Of a DNA stretch of 64,000 nt, positions 19,218-27,799 are shown one piece after another. The notes below the pieces were generated by a model. The model was not told the DNA's origin and did no database searches. It was given only the letters and a program-made list of their open reading frames with translations. Position 1 is the stretch's first letter, and each line of letters begins with the position of its first letter. Origin of the DNA: Candidatus Omnitrophota bacterium (lineage in GTDB: Bacteria; Omnitrophota; Gorgyraeia; Gygaellales; Profunditerraquicolaceae); NCBI GenBank assembly GCA_003598025.1, contig QZKH01000003.1:170048-234047 (forward strand). The letters are read 5' to 3'. Both the position numbers and the translations under genes were made by a program.

Positions 19218-19877
19218 TTAGCAGGAGAAACGATCTTCCTTAATCATCCCGTATTTACCTACCAGGGGGACAAATACGCAAGCGCAAACTTCGGTGGACT
19301 TAAGCGCTCCGTAAATTTTCTCAAAAGAAATTAGGGTTTGCCTGAAATTATCCCCAATGGGAATAATGAGCCTTCCGCCTTCTTTAAGTTGTTCACCTAA
19401 AGGCAGCGGAACCCGTGGCGCGGCCGCAGTGATTATTATCCTGTCAAAGGGAGCATTCTCAGGCCACCCTAAAGTCCCGTCATCGATCTTTACTTTAATA
19501 TTATCAATGTTGAGTTTTTTAAATACCTGTGTTGCCCGCTCAGCTAATACACCAATACGCTCAACCGTAAAAACTTCTTTGGCCAGCTGGGAAAGTATAG
19601 CCGCTTGATACCCTGAACCTGTCCCGATTTCCAGGATTTTCTCGTCCCCTGCAAGGTCAAGGCAGCTTGTCATAAGCGCTACCATGTAAGGCTGCGATAT
19701 AGTTTGGTCATTGCCTATAGGCAGCGGCGAATCTGCATATGCGCTGTCTTTAACATCATCGGGCACAAATTCATGCCGCGCCACTTTATAAAAAGCATCG
19801 AGCACCCGCTCATTATTTATCCCGCGGTTTATAAGCTGCTCTTCAACCATCCTGGCCCTTAATTTTTCCCAATCCAT
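19218..19877 (-). CDS. pcm: Protein-L-isoaspartate O-methyltransferase
   Basis: QTISQPYMVA, LEIGTGSGYQAA, APFDRIIITAAA, CVFVPLVG. Confidence 0.95.
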   Translation of the reverse strand: MDWEKLRARMVEEQLINRGINNERVLDAFYKVARHEFVPDDVKDSAYADSPLPIGNDQTISQPYMVALMTSCLDLAGDEKILEIGTGSGYQAAILSQLAKEVFTVERIGVLAERATQVFKKLNIDNIKVKIDDGTLGWPENAPFDRIIITAAAPRVPLPLGEQLKEGGRLIIPIGDNFRQTLISFEKIYGALKSTEVCACVFVPLVGKYGMIKEDRFSC

Positions 19878-20539
19878 AACTCTCTCCAGATAAATTTAAT
19901 AAACCTGACCGTGTCAATAAAAGGGTTAATATTGCTTTTTTCTCCCGAATAAACAGTAGTTACCGGTATTGAGCCGATTTTAAAACCTAAACGCGCCGCC
20001 TTTATTATAATCTCCGACTCAGTTTCGTATTTCTTTGTACTAAAAGATATTTTTTCCAACAACCTTTTCTTTATCAGCCTGAAACCGCATTGCGTATCAG
20101 GTATTTTCTGCCTTGCTATCAGCGAAAGAAGCCATGACATAAACCTGTTTGTGGCTAATCTGATAAGAGGCATATTCTTCCTGTTGATCAGCCTGTTGCC
20201 GATGATCAAGTCGTAGTTATGTTCCAAAGCTTTGACAAAATGTGGAATTTCTTCCGGAAGGTGTTGGCCGTCGCCGTCCATGGTTATCACGGCATCGAAA
20301 TTGCCGTTTAGGGCATATTCAAACCCTTTAATCAGCGAAGCGCCTTTCCCCTGGTTTACTTCATTGTGCAAGACAGTTACGCCTGCCTGCATTGCCAGCT
20401 GGTAGGTATTATCGGTTGAGCCGTCATCTATTACTAACACGCTTATCCCGGGATAGGTTATTCTTTTTAATAGTCTGGCAATAACCTTTTCCTCGTTATA
20501 TGTAGGTATGATTACACAAATCCTATAAGCGGTCTTCAT
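19859..20539 (-). CDS. Glycosyltransferase family 2 (DPM-synthase-like)
   Basis: IPTYNEE, IDDGSTD, MDGDGQH, DTQCGFR. Confidence 0.9.
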   Translation of the reverse strand: MKTAYRICVIIPTYNEEKVIARLLKRITYPGISVLVIDDGSTDNTYQLAMQAGVTVLHNEVNQGKGASLIKGFEYALNGNFDAVITMDGDGQHLPEEIPHFVKALEHNYDLIIGNRLINRKNMPLIRLATNRFMSWLLSLIARQKIPDTQCGFRLIKKRLLEKISFSTKKYETESEIIIKAARLGFKIGSIPVTTVYSGEKSNINPFIDTVRFIKFIWRELWIGKN

Positions 20540-21392
20540 CTTTCCAGAAGTACCTGAACATATACCACTGCTCGGGGTATTTTCGAATAAATTTCTCGAA
20601 TAATGATTTATAAATATTGATTATATTTTTTATATCAACTGCGTTATCGCCGGTTGCGGCATACTCAATTGGTTTCTCGATAGTTAAGGTAAAACTGTCA
20701 TTGGGGTTCCTAACCATAAAACCGGGTATTATTACTGCCCCGGTACGCAGGGAAAGCGCAGCCGGACCTTCGGGTAGGCAAGCCTGTTTATTAAAAAACT
20801 CTACAGGTATGCCTTTTCCTGTAAAATCCCTGTCTCCGACAAGAGCAAGCAGGTTATTGCCCCTTAAGGCATTAAGCGATTGCCTGACTGCTTTTTTAAG
20901 AGGGATAACCCTCATCCCTTTGCTCTCGCGCTGGAAATTAAAAAAATCATTTACTCTTTTATGCTTATGCTCAAGCGCGACCGCATACAAAGGATAGCCC
21001 ATAAGCGCAGTAACTACCCCGCCTAATTCCCAGTTCCCTAAATGCGCCGTCAGGACTATTGCCCCCTTTTTTCTCTTAATTGCCTCGTCAAAATTTTCAA
21101 TATTGATTATTTTTATGTTTTTTTCTATATATTGGCGGTTGAGTTTCGGAAAGCGGAAAAAATCAACAAGGTATTTTGCAAAGTTCCTGAACATTTCTCT
21201 GCGTATCACGGAAATTTCCCTGTCAGTTTTATCCGGAAAGATCACCTTCAAATTCCTGGTGACATTTTTTCTGTCTATATTAGCAAAGATATAATGCACA
21301 TCCGAGACAAATACTGCAAACTTATAAGCGACTTTTAAAGGCAGAAACAGGGCGATGAATTGACCGATGCGGTAAAATATATAATTAAACAT
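20523..21392 (-). CDS. LpxL/HtrB-like lysophospholipid acyltransferase
   Basis: TAHLGNWE, LVGDRD, PEQWYMF motifs. Confidence 0.88.
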   Translation of the reverse strand: MFNYIFYRIGQFIALFLPLKVAYKFAVFVSDVHYIFANIDRKNVTRNLKVIFPDKTDREISVIRREMFRNFAKYLVDFFRFPKLNRQYIEKNIKIINIENFDEAIKRKKGAIVLTAHLGNWELGGVVTALMGYPLYAVALEHKHKRVNDFFNFQRESKGMRVIPLKKAVRQSLNALRGNNLLALVGDRDFTGKGIPVEFFNKQACLPEGPAALSLRTGAVIIPGFMVRNPNDSFTLTIEKPIEYAATGDNAVDIKNIINIYKSLFEKFIRKYPEQWYMFRYFWKDEDRL

Positions 21393-22509
21393 TACAAAGG
21401 CTTAATATGTGTCTTGCGATATTCATGCTCGACTCAGGTTTAGATATCTTTTTAGCTGCGTTTGCAAGTTCCTTAAGTTTTTCAGGCGATGCAATCAGCT
21501 CTTCGACTGCAAGGTTTATTCTGTTTGCTTTATCAATCTTAATAGCTGCTTTATGTTCGGTTAAATAAGCTGTGTTGGAAGCCTCTTGCCCGGGGATGGG
21601 ATGAACGATTATCATCGGAATATGCTTGGATAAGGCTTCAGCAGTTGTTATGCCCCCGGGTTTTGTTATTAATACATCTGCAATACTCATCAGTTCGTTT
21701 ATATTGTTTGCGTACCCGAATAAAACGACTTTTTTACGGTATTTGTTAAGTTTTTTCTTTATTGTCCGGTAGAGCTTCTTGTTAGTCCCTGTTACGATAA
21801 TTTCCTGTATATCTTGATTTACATGTTCAAGAGATGATATTATGCTTTTAACAGGTCCGAGGCCCTGGCCTCCGCCCATAATAAGGGCAGTAAATTTATT
21901 GCTCTTAAGCCCGAGTTTGCTAAATACCTGGTCTTTGTTTACAGGCCGGTTGAAATCAGGGTCAAAAGGTATTCCAAAGGGCTTTATTTTTGAATGCGGG
22001 ACTCCTTTTTGCATAAGGCGTATGGATACCTCTTCGGAAGGCGTTATATAGGTGTTGACGTCGTCATAAACCCAATAAGCATGAGGTATATAATCTGTAA
22101 GTACGGCTATAAGAGGTATTGAAGAATGCGTTACCTTTTTATAGTCTGCTACCATGCCGCATGGAAAAGCCTGGGAGCAGACAACCGCATCCGGTTTGAA
22201 GCTGTTAAAAAGCTTTTCCAGCTTAGGCGAATTGAACTTATGTATCGACTCTTTTATCCTGGATATGCTTTTTGCAATCTTTTGGTTGTCGTATAAATAA
22301 CTCCAGATTGCCGGGGTCCTCTTTATTATCGCCATATAAAGGCGGTTAACTACCTTTTCTGATATGGGATTGGTGTAGTTAAAAGCGTTTATATTCAATA
22401 TTTCAGTTTCCGGCTCAAGCCGTTTTATAGACTTTTCTATAGCCTCTGTCGCGCAGCGGTGCCCTGACACCTCGGAGATATACATCAAGATGATTCTTTT
22501 TGCCGGCAT
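21385..22509 (-). CDS. MGDG synthase/UgtP-like GT28 glycosyltransferase
   Basis: SGH, VLTDYIPH, GIP, MGGGQG, ITKPGGITTAEAL, PIPGQE. Confidence 0.88.
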   Translation of the reverse strand: MPAKRIILMYISEVSGHRCATEAIEKSIKRLEPETEILNINAFNYTNPISEKVVNRLYMAIIKRTPAIWSYLYDNQKIAKSISRIKESIHKFNSPKLEKLFNSFKPDAVVCSQAFPCGMVADYKKVTHSSIPLIAVLTDYIPHAYWVYDDVNTYITPSEEVSIRLMQKGVPHSKIKPFGIPFDPDFNRPVNKDQVFSKLGLKSNKFTALIMGGGQGLGPVKSIISSLEHVNQDIQEIIVTGTNKKLYRTIKKKLNKYRKKVVLFGYANNINELMSIADVLITKPGGITTAEALSKHIPMIIVHPIPGQEASNTAYLTEHKAAIKIDKANRINLAVEELIASPEKLKELANAAKKISKPESSMNIARHILSLCNV

Positions 22510-22511
22510 TA

Positions 22512-23678
22512 TCAGATTTTTCCTTCCTTATAAAGCTCGGTAAATACAGCGGATATTTGGGGGTGAAATTGCTTGCCTGCCAAGGTCTCAATCTCTTTTA
22601 CTGCCTCTTCGTTAGTCAGGCCTTCGTGATACGGCCTGTTTGTGGTCATGGCATCAAAAGAATCTGCCACGGAAATAATTGCAGCTATCAAAGGAATTTC
22701 TTCTCCTTTTAATCCCTCGGGATATCCGGTACCGTCATAGCGTTCATGATGGTATTTGACTCCCAAAATAGCATCTTCAAGCTCTCTTATCGGGATGAGG
22801 ATGTTAACACCGACAACAGGATGCGATTTAATGACTTTTCTTTCGTCATCATCCAGAGGACCCTTTTTATTTAAAATAGATTCCGGGATGCCTATTTTAC
22901 CGATGTCATGCAAGAGGCTTGCAATATGCAGATTTTCAATAAATTTATCATCAATTCTGAAATAGCTTTTTTCCATAAGCTTGCGTGCAATCTCAAGGCA
23001 AATACTGCTGACGCGCTCAGTGTGCCCGTGGGTGTAGTGGTCTTTAGCGTCGATTGCTGCGGCAAGCGCAATAGTCGTATGTATAAACAGCCGTTTTTCT
23101 CTCTGCAGCTGAAGCTCTAATTCTTTAAAAAGCTGGGCATTCCTGATAGCCATGGCAACATCTGAAGCCAAAGCGCTAAAAAAACTTAGCTCATCGCGGG
23201 AGAACTCTTTACCGTCTTTTTTATGGCCAAGCAGCAGGATGCCGAGCAGTTCATCCCTGTAGTAGCTCGGGATACAGGCAACAGCTTCAAATATCTCCAT
23301 CTGATATAAGGCGCTGTTTAAAAGCTCTTTGCTCGTAAAATCAAGCTCATTGCCCAGGACAGCATCTTTCGCTTCGCTATAAACTAATGAGCCGTTATTG
23401 AATATTTTTTTGTCTTCCCTGTTTATAAAAAATTTGATCAACGGATTATCGGAATCAAGGCGGGCAAAGCCTTCCGGTATTTTTATTCCGGCAGGGCCGC
23501 GGGAAACGGTTAAAACATAGCTGTCTTTATCTTTAACATGCAGCAAGATCCCCGCATGGCTGACGCTTACTTTTTGGACAAGCATGCGGATGATCAGCTT
23601 GAGAAGAAGCTCAGGCTCATGCACAAGGATCATATTCCTTGCTGCTTCTTCCAATTCTCTCTTATAATCTAAAGCCAT
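22512..23678 (-). CDS. GAF + HD-GYP cyclic-dinucleotide phosphodiesterase
   Basis: DAKDHYTHGHTERV, LLHDIGKIG, HHERYDGTGYPEGL, VADSFDAMT..RPY; N-terminal GAF. Confidence 0.92.
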   Translation of the reverse strand: MALDYKRELEEAARNMILVHEPELLLKLIIRMLVQKVSVSHAGILLHVKDKDSYVLTVSRGPAGIKIPEGFARLDSDNPLIKFFINREDKKIFNNGSLVYSEAKDAVLGNELDFTSKELLNSALYQMEIFEAVACIPSYYRDELLGILLLGHKKDGKEFSRDELSFFSALASDVAMAIRNAQLFKELELQLQREKRLFIHTTIALAAAIDAKDHYTHGHTERVSSICLEIARKLMEKSYFRIDDKFIENLHIASLLHDIGKIGIPESILNKKGPLDDDERKVIKSHPVVGVNILIPIRELEDAILGVKYHHERYDGTGYPEGLKGEEIPLIAAIISVADSFDAMTTNRPYHEGLTNEEAVKEIETLAGKQFHPQISAVFTELYKEGKI

Positions 23679-23693
23679 TTTTATGGGGGTGAC

Positions 23694-24056
23694 TTAGGAT
23701 AATTCTTTTAAAACAACTTTTTCCAATTCTTCCAGCCTTAGGGGCTTATGGATATAATCAGTTGCGCCAAATTCCTTACATTTATTGAATGATTCTTCTT
23801 CGTCAGGCTTTTTGCCGGTTACCATGATTACTTTAGTGGAAGGATTGATTTTTTTTATTTGCTTGAGCGTTTCTATGCCGTCAATGCCTTCCATTTTAAT
23901 ATCGAGCAGGATCAGCTGGGGCGGCGCTTCAGAGACGATTTTTAAAGCCTCTTCACCGCTTGCTGCAATCCCGACGTCAATTTTTCTTTTCTTAAAAAAA
24001 TTGGCGGCAAATTCCCTTACGTCCAATTCATCATCTACTATTAAAAGCCTTGGCAT
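23694..24056 (-). CDS. Single-domain response regulator
   Basis: LIVDDE, LLDIKM phosphoacceptor Asp, MVTG, YIHKP. Confidence 0.93.
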   Translation of the reverse strand: MPRLLIVDDELDVREFAANFFKKRKIDVGIAASGEEALKIVSEAPPQLILLDIKMEGIDGIETLKQIKKINPSTKVIMVTGKKPDEEESFNKCKEFGATDYIHKPLRLEELEKVVLKELS

Positions 24057-24172
24057 CTTATCCTCGCTTATTTAAACTTATCCCGGAAACCGAAACAATC
24101 TTATCATAACAAATACGCTCAAACAAGTAGAAATAGAATAGTTCATGGTACATAGTTGATTGGTTAAGACTT

Positions 24173-26359
24173 TTACTCTGCTGTTGCAATTGGTAACTCA
24201 AGTATGAAACGCGTTCCGACCTTATAAGAAGATTCAAAAGCAATCCTGCCTTTATGAGTGTCGGTTATAATCTTTTTGATAACATACAAGCCAAGCCCTG
24301 TGCCTTTGCGCGATGAAGTTTTTGTAGTAAAAAACGGGGTAAATACCTTCTTAATGTTGTCTTCTTTTACCCCCATGCCGTTATCCTCGATGATCATTTC
24401 AAGGAAATCATCCTTAGGCTTAGCGCTTATAGTCAGTCTTCCCCTATAGTTTGGCTCATTCAGGGCAGCTTTGCGTTCGTTCGTGGCATCATAAGCATTA
24501 TCGATGAAGTTAAAAAATGCTTCCTGAAGCTGTACAAGATTACCTTTTATTTTAGGAGTATCTTTACTGTAGTTACGGATAATGTCAATTTCTGAAAGCT
24601 TGATTTTAAACTGTATCATATCAAGCGTAGCATCTAAAATCTGGTCAATGGTCAGCTCACCAAAATTATCTTCTCCCTTACGGGTATATTTAAGCATGCC
24701 TTTTACAACTTCGCCTCCCTGCATGACGTTGGCCTGGATCCTTTCAAGGGCATGTCCTACGCTTTTTATCATCTCCCGGACTTCCGGTGTGCAGTTAGCC
24801 GTATCTGTTAACTTTATAGTATCAATCGTATCCCCGGCAATAAGGGATAAAGCATAAAACCTGTTGTTTATTTGATGAGAAAGCCCGTCTGCCATGGTTC
24901 CGATTGTCGCCATTTTCTCAGCCTGGGCAACCTGTTCCTGCATCTCTTTTGTTTCCTCGTAGAATTGGGCGTTCTCAATAGCCAAAGCAGCCTGGCTAGC
25001 CAATACCTGGAAAACATTTAAGTCATCATGAGTGTATATTTCGCCGGACATCTTATCTCCAAGCACGACAAAACCGATAAATTTATCCTCAAGGAAGCTG
25101 GGAATGATTACAGTGGCTGTTAAAAGGCGCATATTTTCTTCCAGATGCGCATAGGTAATATCGTTTGTATCAAGCATCTTGCGTTTGATTTCGTCGTATA
25201 TTAATGGCTGCCTCCTGAAAACTATCCAGTTGACGAGCGGATTATCGGAACTTAATTTTGGAATGGGGATGCGGCCCTTATCTCTGCTTACCTGTAGCAT
25301 GTATTCATCGCTTTCCTGGTTATAAAGATAAATGGCGGCGTAAGAGATTTTTACGGTTTTAGTTACTATGTGCGTTATCAGGTCAAGGAGCTTTCTTAAG
25401 TTTCGGATACGGGTCATGCCAACCGAAGCCTGCTTTAATACATCCTGGTATCTTTTCTGCTCTCTTAAAAGCCTTGCTTCGGCTTTTCTTTCCAAATAAA
25501 TGTAGATAAACGGCCCGACTGTTGCCAAGCCTGCCATTAAACCTAATGGCGCAATCCACCAGCGCGTACCTAAATTTGTTATCAGCCATGTCCTGAACCA
25601 GACTACAAGCGCAAAAGGTAAACCAAGGACTATTGTATAAACAGCGATAAATGTTCCGGTCCTGCTGATAGCAACCCGGATATCCATTAGACGGTATTTG
25701 AGAATTGCATATGAGATAATAAGAGGGAAAGTTGTAAATAGTATTAATGGATAAGGTGGGAAATTTATATTAAAAGAAAGCAAAAAAGTGCTACCTCCTC
25801 CAGTAAATCCCATAACTGAGGCCAAAAATATATATTTTATTTGATTTGCTTTAAAAGCGGTTGTTTTTTTATATTCCCTCGATAGTAAATTTAATCCGTA
25901 AAGAACAATAAGAGAAAAATAGATAGCAAATAAATAATATCCAATGCCAGGCACTATGTAGTATTGGAATATTGATTTTGACGTTAAATCTTTTATATAT
26001 AGTGGAGTAAAGTTTAGTAAGAAAATTATCGAACTGAGTATTAAGACAATATTAAAAATAAGTTTAATTCTGCTGAGTTTTTGTAACTCAAGAAATACAA
26101 TTATAAAGCGTAACCATAAAAATGCAACAAGCATGCCAGAGATTTCAACAAACTTAAGAATTATAAAGCTCGCTTGCTTATTATCAGAATTTATGGCTAA
26201 AAAATAAAAAACACTCCAAAACGAAGCATTGATACATAGCATTGCCCAGGCATTATTGACAACACTTTTACGGTTTCTTAAATAAACCAGAATACCAATG
26301 CCAAAAACAGTAAAGAATCCTAATAAAGTTATTGTGTTAAAATAAAGTTTTGCTATCAA
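24173..26359 (-). CDS. Membrane sensor histidine kinase (N-terminal 7TM-type domain, further TMs, GAF, HisKA, HATPase)
   Basis: Multiple hydrophobic helices ending YAILKYRLMDI; H-box LSHQINN; N-box NFIDNAYDA; DNGMG; FTPFFTTK; GTGLGL. Confidence 0.92.
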   Translation of the reverse strand: MIAKLYFNTITLLGFFTVFGIGILVYLRNRKSVVNNAWAMLCINASFWSVFYFLAINSDNKQASFIILKFVEISGMLVAFLWLRFIIVFLELQKLSRIKLIFNIVLILSSIIFLLNFTPLYIKDLTSKSIFQYYIVPGIGYYLFAIYFSLIVLYGLNLLSREYKKTTAFKANQIKYIFLASVMGFTGGGSTFLLSFNINFPPYPLILFTTFPLIISYAILKYRLMDIRVAISRTGTFIAVYTIVLGLPFALVVWFRTWLITNLGTRWWIAPLGLMAGLATVGPFIYIYLERKAEARLLREQKRYQDVLKQASVGMTRIRNLRKLLDLITHIVTKTVKISYAAIYLYNQESDEYMLQVSRDKGRIPIPKLSSDNPLVNWIVFRRQPLIYDEIKRKMLDTNDITYAHLEENMRLLTATVIIPSFLEDKFIGFVVLGDKMSGEIYTHDDLNVFQVLASQAALAIENAQFYEETKEMQEQVAQAEKMATIGTMADGLSHQINNRFYALSLIAGDTIDTIKLTDTANCTPEVREMIKSVGHALERIQANVMQGGEVVKGMLKYTRKGEDNFGELTIDQILDATLDMIQFKIKLSEIDIIRNYSKDTPKIKGNLVQLQEAFFNFIDNAYDATNERKAALNEPNYRGRLTISAKPKDDFLEMIIEDNGMGVKEDNIKKVFTPFFTTKTSSRKGTGLGLYVIKKIITDTHKGRIAFESSYKVGTRFILELPIATAE

Positions 26360-27027
26360 TTACTATTTCTCCTACAAAATTGAAGAAAAGGTATAATCAT
26401 TGGTACGGTCTTTTTGTAGTGCAAATACTCATCACCAAACTTGATAAAAGACAATTTTTCCTCATAAATAGCTCTAATTATATACAATGGCGTATTAATA
26501 AATATAATTATAAAAAGCGCGTAAAATGCATTGGCAATCAACGATATGCCTATTAACTCAAAAATAATTCCTAAATAAATCGGATGCCTTATAAAACTAT
26601 AGGGACCAGTTTTAACACAAGAGTATTTTATTTCAGATTCATCTTCATTTACTAAATGTATCTTCCAATGTTCCCCTAAACTTTTGACAGACCAATATCT
26701 GATTACCCCTGCTAAAATAAATACTGAGATTCCGAACATACTAACCGCGAAATACTTAATACCGTTAGTGACAAAAAACTCAGCTATTACAACTAAACAT
26801 GTAACTAAGTACATAATTGAAGTAACTACCATTGTCCAGTCACCTTTGTACTTATATTTGTTTGTTTCCTTAGTTGTAAAAAAAGTTTCCCATACTCTCT
26901 CAAACATAATCAATACTGCAAAAATACTAAAAATTATTCCTCCTCTTGCCTCAGGGTAGAATATATTTAAAACTATTAATAGTACTGGAATTAATAAAAG
27001 AGAAAAAGCAATGAAAATAATAATCAT
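26356..27027 (-). CDS. Isoprenylcysteine carboxyl methyltransferase (ICMT/PEMT) family membrane protein
   Basis: IRYWSVKSLGEHW, TGPYSFIRHPIYLG, RAIYEEK..FGDEY..YKKTVP. Confidence 0.85.
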   Translation of the reverse strand: MIIIFIAFSLLLIPVLLIVLNIFYPEARGGIIFSIFAVLIMFERVWETFFTTKETNKYKYKGDWTMVVTSIMYLVTCLVVIAEFFVTNGIKYFAVSMFGISVFILAGVIRYWSVKSLGEHWKIHLVNEDESEIKYSCVKTGPYSFIRHPIYLGIIFELIGISLIANAFYALFIIIFINTPLYIIRAIYEEKLSFIKFGDEYLHYKKTVPMIIPFLQFCRRNSN

Positions 27028-27797
27028 AAGTCTTCCAAATATTTAGGCGATCCAATAATCTTTAAAGTATCACGATAATATCTTGTATATAATGGTTTTT
27101 TTGATATTTTTAAGTTTTTTAACAATTTTGATAGTTCTTGGTCACCAAGCTTGAATTCAACAGCTTTTGAATCGCCAAAAACTCCAAAAGTTTCCAATTT
27201 TATTTTTGATACCTTCATATCTTTAAGAGAATATGTTGTGTGGTACTCATATTTAACTTTTTCTTTTAATGGTTTTTTTATTTTGAACTTTAATATCCAC
27301 TCATTGTTAGAGTAAGCATCTACTTCAATAAATTTGTCAGTTTTAGCAAAATTTGCCACCGTTAACTGTTTATAATGAGGATAACCTGTAATTATATTGC
27401 CATGCTCAATTGCCAAATCAGTACTTTGGGCTACCGAAATAGGGATGAATCCGAATTTTTTTGTCACATATTTTATGGGAAAGGATATAAAAGGAATGTT
27501 AAACTTAGTTGCATGGCCAACAATGAGCGAAAAAGTCAATTCAGTAAAGCGGCCGACCGGTGTATCATAAAAATTCAATATTGTAATACACATTAGGCTT
27601 CGTCCGGGTAATAGTACAAGTGGTTTTAGCTTTTTTGTACCAATAATTTCAGCAGCTGTTTTTGATGATATTGTAAATAAGGCATTGATAGCTTCGCACT
27701 TATATTTAATAGGGATATCAATTAGTAAATCTCTAACTTTTACTTTTTTTTCAACATTTATCTTGAACGAATCCAGATCTACTTTTAAATTTTTCAC
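27024..27797 (-). CDS. Acetoacetate decarboxylase (ADC)-superfamily-like protein
   Basis: IPIKY..ALFTIS..KPLVLLPGRSL..FYDTPVGRFTEL..GYP pattern; GTG start. Confidence 0.6.
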   Translation of the reverse strand: MKNLKVDLDSFKINVEKKVKVRDLLIDIPIKYKCEAINALFTISSKTAAEIIGTKKLKPLVLLPGRSLMCITILNFYDTPVGRFTELTFSLIVGHATKFNIPFISFPIKYVTKKFGFIPISVAQSTDLAIEHGNIITGYPHYKQLTVANFAKTDKFIEVDAYSNNEWILKFKIKKPLKEKVKYEYHTTYSLKDMKVSKIKLETFGVFGDSKAVEFKLGDQELSKLLKNLKISKKPLYTRYYRDTLKIIGSPKYLEDL

Positions 27798-27799
27798 CT

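Noticed and set aside
24058-24243. 61-aa minus-strand ORF between kinase and response regulator as a signalling peptide
   Set aside because: It overlaps the kinase 3' end, runs through heptamer repeats, and has no SD or recognisable motif.
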